DNA of 64,000 bases from Eledone cirrhosa (taxonomy: Eukaryota), in the NCBI GenBank assembly GCA_964016885.1, contig OZ024755.1, positions 14,322,001 to 14,386,000 on the forward strand, read 5' to 3'. A program made the position numbers and the translations under genes. Within the stretch, counting starts at the first letter, position 1, and every line of letters begins with the position of its first letter. The notes under the pieces were generated by a model. It was not told the DNA's origin. It saw only the letters and a program-made list of their open reading frames with translations, and ran no database searches. Shown one piece after another: positions 50,401 to 64,000 of the stretch.

Positions 50401-50503
50401 AGTATTTTCTGATCCTGTTAGTACACAGGTAAAACTGCAGATAGAAAGAATATTTGAAATCTGCTTCGGTATTGAGCACTCTTTCTCATGCCCGTCAACA
50501 ACA

Positions 50504-50542
<39 letters not shown>

Positions 50543-51121
50543 ATATATATATATATAGATAGATCTATTTATCTTACTGGTAATAAGGTAGTAATAAATT
50601 ACTGTCTTTCACTGTTTAGGGTTTAAAATATATATAACTATAACAAGTTTTAGTATATACATAACCATAAATAGTATCCTTAATACTATATATATAGATC
50701 TGAATATATGTAGACACACACACACACACACATATATTCTTTAATGTTCCATTTAACAAAGAACTTCAGAAGAACTAAATCAGACTTTTTCCAAATAATA
50801 TTTTAAAACATCGTTTTAGAGCGAACATTGGGAAAGCTAGAACAATGATTCATACATAAAATCTACAAGCAATTATTTTCCCATTTCTTCGAAATAGAAA
50901 ACGAGGAGAATTCGTTTCCTAAACATAAAAAATAGAAATAAATGAATTATAGTAATTTCCTTCCGTTTATATTCAGATGTTAAAATAACATAAACTTACC
51001 GTTTATAATTTGGCAGGACAGATTAAATAAAGACTTAATACATTAGAAGTGCAGAATTACTTCGTTGTACGGGCTATTGTTAAATAAAAGTCAATATAAC
51101 TAAATGTAGTCTTATATATAT

Positions 51122-51400
51122 GGCGGTGAATTGGCAGAGTTGTTAGAACGTTGGATAGAATGCTTTTCTCTATTCGTTCCAGATCTCTGCTCTCTGAATT
51201 CAAATCCCGCAGGGATCAACTTTGCCTTTCATCCATTTGAGATCGATAAGAAAGTATCAATCTAGTACTAGAGTCGATTCTTTCTCTATCTCTCTTTCTC
51301 GCTTCTATTCTGCCACCCTCTATCCTTCTCTGAAAGAAATCTACCGTATTCAGACCTGGAGAGGACATGGGCGCCGCCAGGTTTTCCTCAGCGGTTTCGG
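51122..51400 (+). mobile_element. Meta-type SINE with CT-rich tail
   Basis: ggcggtgaattggcag head, gaattcaaatccc B-box, core; tail as at 22490. Confidence 0.8.
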
Positions 51401-51721
51401 CCCATGCATTAATGTATTCTTATATTGATGCAAGCGTCTTCTATTCTACAATTACTTCTATTTATCTCCTACTGATATTAAATGAAAAGGATATGCTAAT
51501 GATCTATGTATTTTTATATCACATGTACACCCCCCACACTTATATAGAGAGGTGTGGTTACAAACGAAAAAAAAAAGAGCAATCAACATACAACTTAGAA
51601 TCTTGGAATATTTATATTAACAGTTTTACCTTTTTATGCTTTACCAGTGGTGTCATACATATAAATATGTCTCCATATCTGCTGATAATGTGTAAATACG
51701 TCAAACTTAATAATAATAATG

Positions 51722-51860
51722 GTTTCTGATTTAGGCACAAGACCAACAATTTTTGGCGGGGGGGGGGGGTCGATTAAATCGACTCCAATGCATTACTGGT
51801 ACTTTATTTTATCGACTCCGTAAGGATGAAAAGCAAAGCTAACCGTGATGGGATTAGAAA
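51722..51860 (-). mobile_element. Meta-type SINE (3' part)
   Basis: gcattactggtactttattttatcgactccgtaaggatgaaa. Confidence 0.8.
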
Positions 51861-52560
51861 TCTGAACAATTCTTAGTCTCAAATATTTCGTCGCACAGTC
51901 ACCAGGTTGCAGACAGTACGACGAAAAATGTAGTTGTAAAATAATAAATGTTATATCTGAAATAAAATTAACAATTTTTGTGTGTTTTTAAATGACGAAA
52001 ATGGCTGTTCAGTGCTGTAATTGTTTTAGTTTATTATATTTCTCTAAATATATGGCGACATTAAGCAAGCCTTAAGTTAATCTCAGCGTGTGTCTCTTGA
52101 GAAATAACAGACAATGTATGTCTGATATCTCCAGCCGAAAAGCAAAGATGCTCTCACAGTTATTCTTTTGTTTGCACTAATATTTTGCAGTATTCTTGTC
52201 CGGAGACAGTAATGTGGTTTTGTAAGACATTGTACATTCATCTCAAGTAATTATTCTGCATCAACTTAGAACCTCAGCAATGTCAGTTACTTGCTTGGTA
52301 GAGCATACAGTATTTTAATTTGGCATAATGGAAGTTGGAAGGGAGCTTGAATGCAGAATAGGTTGTCTAAATATAGGACTTGTACCTGTTATTAGAGATC
52401 AATATATATACCGATATTAGAATCTATCCCATCGTATCTATCCTATCTTTATCCGCCTGTCTGTCTATCTATCTTTCTCTCTTATATGTGTATCTATTAT
52501 ATCTCTTTATCAATGCTATCTCTCCACCCCTCTCTTGTGTCCGTCTTATCTCTTATCATC

Positions 52561-52596
<36 letters not shown>

Positions 52597-53678
52597 CCCC
52601 CCCCCCCACACACATGAATGTATGTGTTGCGTGCGTTTGTGAACATGCTTGTATGCATTACATATCAATCAGTTTAAGATTAACGTTAGAATAACCAACT
52701 GAAATAAGAGCCATTTGACATTATATGACGGCTTAACCATCTCATGAAGTGCCCAGGGTAGGGTCACCAGTCTGAAAGTAAGCCTTGGAAAGAGGGAAAT
52801 ACTTTACAAGATTTAAATGGAAAACACGAAAATACATCGGCTCTGATAATATAGCGATCAAATTTCAAATCAAACGTATAAAACAATCGAAAGATATAAT
52901 AATTTTACCCACCAAATGTGTAGCAGATGTATAAAATGTAAAGAAAGAAAAGTATTATCGGAATAATTTTAATAACATTATCGAAGAAATATTAAATGAT
53001 GTGTCAGTTTAAAGAAATCTAAATATTTGAAAAAGAAAATTTTGTGAATGTTTAGAGGAAGAAGCTGACAACGATTCATACGTTATGCGAAAAGAAATAA
53101 GAATTAACATAGAATAAAGTATTGTGATAAAGCAATCTGAGAAATGAGAGGATCAAGATTAGTTGGGAAATACGATGGAGGTAATGGTGGGGAACGAAAG
53201 ACATAAAACGAAGCAATGAAAGTAATATGTTGATATAATTCAGAGGGGAAAAGTGACAAGAATGAATTACATTCGTTTCAATAAACACAAAGGTCATATC
53301 GTTTTATTTTGATGTAGTAGGAAAGGAGGAAGGTATGAGATTCATGTTTCTCAGAGGTAATTAGTAGCGTAAATAAATTGAGGCGGCCAAACAAAATCGC
53401 TGTTTCTGCCTGCAAGGGAATTTATTCTACTTTTATAGCCCTGACGTATCTGATCTGGTTCATATTATCACTTATACGTACCAGTAAACGTTCCACTGAC
53501 TGTGGTGGGGGAAGTGGGAAGATATAAGATCATGTTTCTCATAGGTAATTTGCAGTGGAAATGAACTGAGATTTAAAAAAAATCATGTCGGCGTTAAATC
53601 GTGGTTTCTACAAACCGTGAACTTGTTTCAACAAACCGTGAACTTGTTTCAACAGTTACAAACTTTAACTACCTAAAC

Positions 53679-53898
53679 TACGAGCGTAGGCTAAAAAGTT
53701 GATAGGGTGACTATGAAGGTGTGATGATGCTAAAGCTGTGAAATCTTGCATGCATTAAATTAAACTCTTTTATTAATAACTGCTTTGCTTCTTTCCAGGA
53801 ACTATGTTGAAAAATAAACCTCATTTGGTCATTCCATGAGAGTATCTTGGTCTGCCTATCAACCTTTCAGATTATGAACTTTTCAACCGACTCTCTTA
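53679..53898 (+). mobile_element. Mariner-type MITE, second copy
   Basis: TAcgagcgtaggctaaaaagttgatag...tatgaacttttcaaccgactctctTA; internal sequence matches 14156-14355. Confidence 0.8.
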
Positions 53899-54479
53899 AT
53901 TAATCTCATTACCTACACTCACCTCATACTCTTCTAACGACTTCCCAAAGATCTTTGACATTCGCCCATATCTCTATATATAAAACCTTGCCACTACAGT
54001 CTTTATCCCATCGGATCGTTGACCACTGTTTAATCAAGATAACACAAAACACCCTTCCTTCTTTTTTGTTTACTTTTTACAGGACTTCAGCGCAAATAGA
54101 AGGGAAGGGGAAGGTTGCCTCAAATAGGAGACCTTGCTCAAACACGCTTATCGTAATTTTATGGTAGAATCAGCATAGCACAATATGTGACATGTCTAGA
54201 CCTTTGAATTACATGTACAGCCCATTCGATGGTCTTCCAGACTGTTTCTGTCTACTTGATTTAACGCGCAATGCTTTGGATGGCCTGAGGCTATGGTAAA
54301 AACATTTTCTCGAGATTACACGCAGTGGAATTCAACTGTGGACCTCATGAGTGAAAAACGAACTATTCGGCTAGGCTGCATCCAGTCCAAGCATGCTTGC
54401 AAGCATGGTCCCGCAACTCCTGAGTGAGTCGCAGTGGCACCTTATTGAGATACGGCGTTTGTAGGGTATCCTAGGTTTT

Positions 54480-54716
54480 AACACAGCGAATGTCCTCCAG
54501 AGAAGGATAGAGAGAGAGAGAGAGTGAGAGAAGAATGGAGGTGGGAAAGTGATATCGAGTAAGAACCGAGCTCAGTACTTGACTGGTACATTTTTATCGA
54601 CTGCGAAAGGATGAAAAACAGATTTGACCTCGGTGGAATTTGAACTCAGAGAGCCGAAATGAATACCGCAGAGTATTCTATCCGACGTTCAAGTAACTCT
54701 GTCAATTCGCTGCCTT
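54480..54716 (-). mobile_element. Meta-type SINE with CT-rich tail
   Basis: Reverse core ggtacatttttatcgactgcgaaaggatgaaa and B-box gaatttgaactcaga. Confidence 0.7.
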
Positions 54717-55532
54717 CATCTATTCCATACTATGAAGCAAAAATTAGCTATTTTTTTCAATGTTTATTGGACGTATCATTACATATTGCCGTCTGACGGA
54801 TTTCTGAATTCACAAGACTAAATTAAAACTGGTTGTCAGGAGAAAATATTAAAAAAAAAAATAAGGTAACAAGCCAGAGAGATAAATCAATTGAAATAGG
54901 CTACTTGTTATCCATCGTTTATAAAACTAGCTTAGAAGTAGGTAATGGAGGCCACTAAACAAGCGAGACTAAATACATTCAATAGAACATCATTGATAAA
55001 TGTATTAAGTGTACTACTAGCAGTATGACTACTGTGTAACAAAAATCAACAATGCCACAATATATATAATTTTAGACATAGAAAGTAACCGAAAGGAAGA
55101 AAGGATATTGGCAGAATAAACAAATATTAGATTAGATTATATTACATTAGCGCACAAAGAAGAAACTTCACGGGTAGTGATTGTACAATTGAGAGAGACA
55201 TTCCCTTAGGATATATATATATATATATATATAATACATATAATTATAACACACACACACACACACATACACATACACACATTTATATATATATATATAT
55301 ACAATATATTAACAAATGGAAACTATATTTATAAAACCATATTTATTTCATTATTCATATTTCAAGGGGCACCTAGGCAAACTATGGTGCGCTTTCATCA
55401 GATAAAATATAATATAGGTTAGTTTTATAAATAAATATTGACAGGGTATGTCAATATTTATTTATTGAGTGCTTTATATCAGTTATAAAAATATTTTGCT
55501 TGTTGTATCCCAACAAATTAAATATAACCTCT

Positions 55533-55576
<44 letters not shown>

Positions 55577-56256
55577 GCTTACTATCCCTTGTGTATGTGT
55601 ATATTTATTTTCATATGTCCCAGTCTGTAATACTTTAAAATTTACACACACGCATGTTGTTACAGTGATGTTGTTAAATAAGTTCACATTCCTATCAGAA
55701 GATCTAATATCTAAAGTGTATCTGGAGCCTGGAGTCTCACCAGGGCAGTGCTTATCTCGGTTTCCGCGGTGTTAAGCAATTGAGAGCAGAAGACTCAACC
55801 ACATAAAGTATGTTTGTACGTTCTTAGAACTTATCCAAATACGATTTCTCTGATGATTAGTTTCGCGTCTTCCGTAGCTTTACCAAAATCGATAGTGGGT
55901 AATCAATAATAAATTAATTACATCGACTTTTGCTTCGGTTTACGAATTACGAAACGGTGCTGTAGGAATATAAGAACTTCTCCACCGTAAAGTATATACT
56001 TTTTCCTAAATATTATATGCTTTATATATATATGTGTACAAAACACTGCGTTTCTCTGACGATATTTGGCTCTTTCTCTCTATATACATATATCTTATAA
56101 TTTGAATCATATATTTATGTGTGTGTGTGTGTGTGTGTATCTGTATGTATGTATATGCGTACATACATGTATATATGTGTGTTGATCTGTATGTATGTAT
56201 GTACGTATACACACACACACACACGCGCACATACATACATACATACATACATACAT

Positions 56257-57425
56257 TCCCAGTGTTACTGGGAACTTTAACATCAATGGTGATGTGGATA
56301 GGCTATACTTCTCACGCAAGGAAGGTGGCCGGGGTCTAAAACCCATATTAACAACATATGAGACCCGGATAGTAACACTGAAGCAACACCTTCAACAGAG
56401 GAAAAAGGTTGGCAACCATCTTGCCCAGGTTTATGAGCATGAAAAAAAAAATATCATTAGAATAGCGACTGATCTGGAGGAGAGATATGGAATAAAGCCT
56501 GATATAAATCTCTCACCCAGAGAAATCGGAAGATCCTATTCAATGTTCAAACAAGATAAAAAAATTGACCAATTTACAGAAAAAGTTGTGCATGGATACT
56601 TGAGACGTATACACTGACCATAGAGGGGATAAACCACTCAAAAAGCCTGGCATGGAGTTCCGACAAGTTTATGACATCACACCTTGAGAGATATCTCTAT
56701 GCAATACAGGAACAAGAACTCACTACCAAATATATGCTGCACAAAAGGGGAGGGCCAGCAGCTGACAATAAATGTAGGCTATGTAAAACAAAGATCGAGG
56801 ATGTAAGCCACATTGTTGCCAGCTGCGAAAGAATGTCATCTCGTTACTACCTCCCATGAGACACGATGGGATAGCTAGAACCATCTGGAACGCACTTCGG
56901 AAAACAAAATTAACAACAAACGAGGAAGAATATATTGAGACAGATAGCACTAAGGAATACTAGTGGAACCTGAAAATAAAAACTGCCACCAAATTAAAGC
57001 ACAACCGGCCTGATATTGTTGTTTGGGACCAAACATTGAAAACGTGTTCTGTTGTAGAGTTCAGCTGCCCACTTGATGTAAACGTTGTCAGAAAAATACA
57101 GGAGAAGGAGGACATCTACGGACCATTGATGAGGAGTTTACAAATCCAGTATCCAAGATACACCTTTAGCTTCATACCCATCATTATTGGAGCTACGGCT
57201 TATATACCAACCCGCTTGGACCAAAATATGACTGAAATTAGATTTGCGGACAAAAAGCGCAGCTCCCTAATTCATAGACTACAAATGGCTGCGATAGCTG
57301 GCACCTTCAAAATTTGCAAAACATTCTTGCGATTCAAGGGATGACAATGTCTTTTCTTTTACAACCTTGCCACCAAGAAGGTGGCCGGTCAAAAAAATAT
57401 ACTCGAAATTAAGAGAAAGAGATAA
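56257..57425 (+). mobile_element. 5'-truncated R4/Dong-type non-LTR retrotransposon (RT tail, CCHC finger, restriction-like endonuclease)
   Basis: RLYFSRKEGGRGL; AIQEQ; CRLCxxxxEDVSHIVASC; RHD; HNRPDIVVWD..VVEFSCP; PIIIGA; LQMAAIAGTFKI. Two frameshifts and one TAG; flanked by (CATA)n. Confidence 0.92.
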
Positions 57426-57562
57426 CATACATACATACATACATACATACATACATACATACATACATACATACATACATACATACATACATACATACAT
57501 ACATACATACATACATACATACATACATACATACATACATACATACATACATACATACATAC
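57426..57562. repeat. (CATA)n microsatellite
   Basis: Seen directly. Confidence 0.95.
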
Positions 57563-58669
57563 ACATTTGCGCGTGTGTGTGTATATATATATGAATGTGT
57601 GTATCTGTATATGTATGCGTTTGTGTGAGAGAGAAAGGAGAAGGTTATATTTATATATCCGCTGTATCTCTGTTCAAACATTTATGTTGGCAGCGCGTAA
57701 TTTCTAGCTACAAACAAATAATATAAAATTCATGAACAGTTTTGTAATATTGCGAAGAATGTACTAACATGGTGTTGCGTTGATATTATTTGGAAGTATT
57801 CCAGTTAGTTTTCAATTATTCATCAATCTTCCCATAGCACCACCATTACATTACATTGGGAACTAACAGAATAAAATTTGTCAAATATAACAAATATCAA
57901 ATTAGCAGAAAAATGTACATTACGGATTGCAGAGACCTGCCTATCTCTCTCTTCTTCTTTTGATTCGATAATGTCTTTACAGAATTTTAATTGGTTAGGA
58001 TTTTACTGTGTTGCACAATCCTCAGGTTCTACGATTTTCCTTATCTCATGAAATAAATCTTTCAAACCTGATGATTTATTGGATAGCATTTATCGATTGC
58101 TATTGTATATGACACCATACTGGTTAGATATCATTCTCGTTTCGATGTTTCGTAATTCATATAAATTGCTCGTTTTTTCGCCCTTTTCAGATTAACAATG
58201 CAAACAACTTTTAGTAAATTATTTAGGAATATTCCAATCAATTGTAACATCATCACTGCATCAAGAAAATACGAAAGAAAAACAATGACCATGTAACATG
58301 ATGTTTCCACTATCTCTTTGGTGAAATACTGCAGTTAATAGTAACGGATTATTTCATTCTGATAGGGAGTTGATTAAATTTTATCATTCACTTGGACACT
58401 TCTGCAAAAGTCGATATCACATATATTGCAATGGTGTGCATTCCAAAGTGAAGATGTATCTATCTATCTATATCGACTTCAGCAAAAGAATTGAATTTCT
58501 CGTTCAGAGCAACCAATTTAAACATTATATCGCTGAATCAGCAATAATAGTATTTTAAGTTAAAGTTATTTTTCTTTATGCTTGCTTAGATCTATCAATA
58601 AGATAAACTTAGATGTCTAAGCTGCCAAGTTGAGCATTCTGCTATTCTGATAAATACTTTTAAATTAGA

Positions 58670-58890
58670 GGTGAATTAGTAGAGTCGTTATTGTCAGATT
58701 AAAATGCAATGAGGCCTTTGTTCCGGCTATCTGTACTATGAGTTCAAATCATACTGTCTAGGCCAACATTTCTTTTCCTCATTTCGGAGTTTATAATACC
58801 AGTCCAAAGCGGTGGATTGACGGAATTGTTAGAATGTCGGAAGTTATGCTTTGCAGTATTTCTTTTGGCCCTCTGTGTTCTGTGTTCACC
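58670..58890 (+). mobile_element. Two tandem degenerate Meta-type SINE heads
   Basis: ggtgaattagtagagtcgtta..gagttcaaatc, then gcggtggattgacggaattgttag. Confidence 0.55.
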
Positions 58891-59389
58891 TGTGACGTCA
58901 CTGGTGCCAAGCTGCATCGCCCTTGGCGTTTCATTGTATGCCATCTCCACTCAAGCACTCTTGAATCCCCAATCTCTCCTTCTTTCATCACCCATGTTCT
59001 TTCCAACCACCCAGTCCTTCCTTTACAGAAGGTCAACTTTATGGAACTCCCTGCTTGGTCACTTTTCCCCAAAGCATAGATCCTCAATAATTTAATCAGA
59101 ATATCGATGTCACCGATCTCTCAAATCTTGGAGGTCTTGTAAAGGCCATGAGCACTGCTCTTTCTTCCAGATCTACCTCGTAAACACAACATACAATTAG
59201 TAAATGTTTTGTAGATTAAAAAGCAACAAGTGTTTTAAAGTTCTGTAGTTTACTTGTTATCCCGTTAAAAAACTATAAAATTTGTGATAAAGTTACGGTT
59301 TCTTTATCGAACCTGAAAAAAATCAAAAGGCAATGTGGTCCTTGGCGTGATTCGAACTCACAACATAGAGTCAGAGCATATACTGACAG

Positions 59390-59710
59390 GGTGTCACTCC
59401 AGGTAGAGCCACTAGTTCTCTGAATTGAGAGATCACTGTTCCGATATTACGGACGTGTGGTTAGAATGCCCCAGGAAGGAATCGCTGGACAGAACATACC
59501 GGCAAAAAAAACAAAAAAACAAAAAAAAAAAAAAACAACCGGCAGGCGACCAAAAGGCAGTCCCTGAGCAAAATGGTTGGATAATATCCATGAATTCGGC
59601 TGTTCTCGCGTGGGGATCCAGCAGGATCAATTGGAGACGGTTGTTTCAGACAGGATCCGCTAGAAAGAATGTTTGAGGAATCTGCCCAACTTCCCTCCCA
59701 GGAATAAGTG
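59390..59710 (+). mobile_element. RTE 3' fragment, same family as 6603-6925
   Basis: gaattgagagat.ac.g.tccgata and gggatccag..ggatcaa.tggagacggttg are shared. Confidence 0.75.
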
Positions 59711-60049
59711 GGCGAAGAACTTTAGACCTTTCTCTATAATTTGCTATCGAGAGTGGCAGTAGCAACACTCAATACGGTCAGGTCATTTAAAGGCAAACAA
59801 ATACAATTTTATTACGATCTGTAAGTTCAACGATTTAATTAAATTAATTGAATAAATTTATTTATTTAATTTATGGATATGTACAAAAAAGTTCACAAAA
59901 CGGAATAAATTAATTCATTGGAAGTTAACCTATGTTTGAACGATAACCGCTTGTTTATATTTAAAGTGCAGTAGGTCCATATTTTGCGTACAACATCCTC
60001 CTCCCCTACGCGTTATTAAATTTATTGAACTTTTGGTAGTTTTTATAAT

Positions 60050-60360
60050 TTGTCTGACAAGTAGAAGCCATATTTTCCAATAGTGAAAAAACGAAAGCTC
60101 ACCTGATACGGACATGTATCCCGTCACGACACTCTGTTCAAACACAGCTCTCTTCTCTAGGTCATAGTTGAACGAGGTCCAAGAAGAGACATACAAGGAA
60201 ACTCTTGGTCCGACAACACCAAGGACTATGCAGATCTAAACAAATTCCGACGTTTCTACCAATAACAGAGGGGAAAGACAAGTGACAATTTCAGACCGTG
60301 GGAGGGTTTAGAGTGGCACCTCAACGACTGGTTACAACAATGATAAGGTGATGATGATAT
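60050..60360 (+). mobile_element. RTE 3' fragment
   Basis: KRKLT*YGHVSRHDTL..VERGPRRDIQGNSWSDNTKDY; tgatgatga tail. Confidence 0.8.
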
Positions 60361-60912
60361 TCCGTTCTAAATATTTATGTAACATAGTGGTAGACAGTCA
60401 GTTGTGATGAGTTTATATTAATCCCCTCCCACACTCATAAAAGTGGCAATATCGTTGTTTTGTAATGCTATGATTTAGGACTGTGGCCTTCATTCGTTCT
60501 AAACAGAGTTAACAACGTAAGTGAAATAGTTACAATCCAGATTCGAAACTAGGTGGTCGACACTAAACATGGATCAATGTGAGATATAAATCTATTCTAT
60601 ATCGTTTATTATACGGTATTGACAACTGCTATAATAACAGATTAGATTATAAGATACAATACTACTTCACACGACATCCACGACGACGACGACGGGCCCC
60701 GAACCATCACCGCCACCACACCAACTAAACAACAATAACAACACTATCCTTACTGCTTTCAACCTCACATTCACTATAGAGAAATATAGTAATATGTAAG
60801 ATATAGATACATACATATACAGACACACCCATATATATATATATAAGAATGTATATATACATACATTATATATATATATATATAAACACACACACACACA
60901 GACACAGACACA

Positions 60913-60947
<35 letters not shown>

Positions 60948-60985
60948 GTGTGTGTAAATAAGTATATATATAAGTATATATATAT

Positions 60986-61037
60986 ATATATATACTTATT
61001 TACACACACACCTGTGTGTGTAAATAAGTATATATAT
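60986..61037. repeat. Perfect palindrome (25-bp arms, 2-nt spacer)
   Basis: atatatatacttatttacacacaca-cc-tgtgtgtgtaaataagtatatatat. Confidence 0.85.
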
Positions 61038-61211
61038 GCATATATAAAATTAATAGCCATAGATATATAGATGTGTGTGTGGACAAATATATATATATAT
61101 GGGAAATACCAAGGAAAAAAATGTTTCGGTTGGAAACAAGTAGAAGACAAGAAACAAAACACACACACACACGTACATATACATACTTGTATGTATGTGT
61201 GTATGTATGTA

Positions 61212-61258
<47 letters not shown>

Positions 61259-61366
61259 GTGTGTGTTTTGTTTCTTCTCTTCTACTTGCATATACATATA
61301 TATATATATGTATATATATATATGTATATATATATATGTATATATATATATGTATATATATATATG

Positions 61367-61398
<32 letters not shown>

Positions 61399-61688
61399 TA
61401 TATAACACAATAAGATTATATTTGAGTAAATATGGGAAAAGTGAAATTAGTTTCGTAAGTGTTTAGAACCGGAGGTAAGTAATTATAGAGTTTTATATTT
61501 TATAGATTAGCTAAGAATTCCAACAGTTCTGATATTTTTTTCAGATTTAATTTGAAAGAAAAAAACCTTAAGGAATATGAAATGGGTGGTAATAACAATA
61601 TAATGTTAATAATACAATATAATAATGATATAATATATACACTTTCTCTCTTCCCCCCCCCCCACACCATCGCTCTGTATTTATATAT

Positions 61689-61767
<79 letters not shown>

Positions 61768-63079
61768 TATGAATTCTTTATATGCATGCATGTGCCTTTA
61801 TGTATGCATATAATCTATTCTTTTTCTCTCTTTGTATGCATATATATATATATACACACACAGATATAAACACACACATAGATACACATGCACATACACA
61901 CACACACACACACATATATACATATATATATAAATATATATATATATATAAATACCTACATATACATGCACACACATATGTGTTTGTGTAAAAAATACTC
62001 AATTCATAAAGGAGATTTTTTAAAACATATTAAAATCTGAGATAGCACACTGTTGCTTGTTTTCCTCGTGTCTCTTGTTCTCTTTCTCTTTATTTCTCAT
62101 TCTCTGTCTCTCTCTCGCCGTCTTTATATCTATATCTCACCCCTTCCATCATCAGATATCCATCTCACTGTCATTTCTATTAACCACCCTGTCTGCCACG
62201 TCTCTCTCACACTCTCATTTTTTCTCACCCTCTCTATTTCACTATCATTCTCTCTTTCTCTCTCACCACTTCCATCACTGTCGTTTCCCTTGCCCGCTCT
62301 GTCTGCCTATACTCTCTCTCCCTGACTTTCTCTCTCCCTGACTTTCTCTCTCCCCGACTTTCTCTCTCCCTCCCCCTCTCTCTCATACATACATACATAC
62401 ACATATATTCTATAAGATATGTAACGCATACTTAATATTTACAAATGAATGCAAATAACAAATTAGATTTTAATATATCTTCAATTTTTATATGCTACAG
62501 TTAAAAATATGATACATACATACTATATGTACTTTACTTCAATTATATGGTTTGCGGTTTTAAAATTACAACTCGTAATAAAGTAAAAAGTAAAAACGTG
62601 CACAATGAAATACAAACCGAGACATAAGTCTATACACGCATATACAGACACAAATACGCATACAAACACTTATATAGTAACACCAATGCACACACCCATA
62701 TAAACTGATACACACATATTTGTAGACACATACGCACACAGACACTAATATAGTTACACACATGCACACACCTATACAAACTGATACACATGTACATATA
62801 TACTTGTAGATATATGCACATGCAAGCATACTTATACAGACACGCATACGCACACAGAAAACTATATAGTCACATACATGCACACACATATAAAGCGGAT
62901 GCCCATGTGCACACACATACTTGTAGACACATACACTTACTAACATACTTATAAAGACATATACACCTATAGAAAGACTTATACAGAGGCACATACGCAC
63001 ACATACACTTATATTGAAATTAATACACAAGTATATAATAAAATTATACAGATAAACGTACATAGACACAATAACATAC

Positions 63080-63250
63080 TTGGTGAGTTCTCCGTCGGTT
63101 CTACGTTGAGTGTTCATGTATTCGACAAACCGAATTTCTACGTATGAAATTAACGTGTAAGCAGTTAAATATACAAAATTCCCAAACAGAATCAATGGGT
63201 CGCATTCTGATAAAGTTGGACTTTTGAATCACAGGTGCAATATAAAATAA
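63080..63250 (-). mobile_element. SINE tail fragment (extended-tail family)
   Basis: ctccgtcggtt..gaaattaacgtgtaag..tttgaatcacagg as in 42275-42430. Confidence 0.5.
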
Positions 63251-64000
63251 AAAAAAAACCCAAATACATAGACAAGATGAGTGTGACACTATGTACTAAG
63301 GTTGGATATTTGAACATGTACACATTAGAAAACTTTTGTGGTGCAATGACTAGTGCAGTGGACGTCATTGGCTGAGGAGTCCAGGTGAGATATACTGTCC
63401 AGTCAAGGGTGAAGAGTTTACCCCTTCTTCTCTTTTCAGTTTTTATTTGTCTTACTTTTAACCTAGAAAGATCAGAGATAATATGTGGGACTAGACTGGA
63501 TCTTTGAATTACATGTACGAGATAGTTAGATAAATATATATATATAGATAGAGATAAATAGATAGATAGATTGAAATAGATAGATAAATAGCTAGATAGA
63601 TAGCGATAGATAGATTGAAATAGATCAATAAATAGCAAGATAGATAGAGGTAGATAGATAAATAGCTAACTAGATAGATAGACATGAAAATAACAATAAC
63701 AATGACAACAACAGAACCCACGACAACAATGAGAGCAAAAACAATAAAAACCACAACAATAACAACGACAATAATATCAACAATGACAACAATAACAACG
63801 ACAATGTATACCGCCGAAATGTTATAGAAAAGAAAACAAAGCATTTTTTTGTTTGAATTTGAAAGTAAGAAATTAGAACAAAAATAAATTACAAAAAAAA
63901 AAAAATGGTGAAAATTAGTTAAAGAATAAAATTAAAATAAATAAACTAAAAAACAAACTATTTAATCAGAAAAAAAAAAAAAACACAGCAACAACAAGCA

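Noticed and set aside
60103-60237. Minus-strand exon with a galectin-like pattern (ICIVLGVVGPRVSLYV..VVTGYMSVS)
   Set aside because: The plus strand is clearly an RTE tail (KRKLT*YGHVSRHD); the pattern is an antisense coincidence.

Overview
Eukaryotic, very AT-rich, repeat-dominated non-coding DNA. The SINE types (tRNA-headed CORE-type and Meta-domain-type), the dense (CA)n/(TA)n/(CATA)n microsatellites and the RTE remnants are what I associate with octopus genomes; the taxon is my inference. No intact host gene is recognisable, and nearly all ORFs in the track are microsatellite artefacts. Recognisable content: about 20 SINE copies, several RTE LINE fragments, an I-group LINE remnant, a Ty3/gypsy pol remnant, a 5'-truncated R4/Dong-type retrotransposon inside a (CATA)n tract, mariner-type and other MITEs, minisatellites, a 200-N gap and a ~9.7 kb TA-rich array with a strand-polarity switch. 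Best leads: (1) a complete minimal type-I hammerhead ribozyme (26902-26956, minus strand) in a small (TA)n-bounded Penelope/retrozyme-like element; (2) a 1.7-kb block bounded by mariner TIRs that splits a LINE and carries an unexplained ~108-codon ORF; (3) the (CATA)n-embedded R4/Dong element; (4) repeated near-perfect fold-back palindromes; (5) a chain of minus-strand exon-like segments at 47.5-52 kb. All family calls were made by eye, without database searches.
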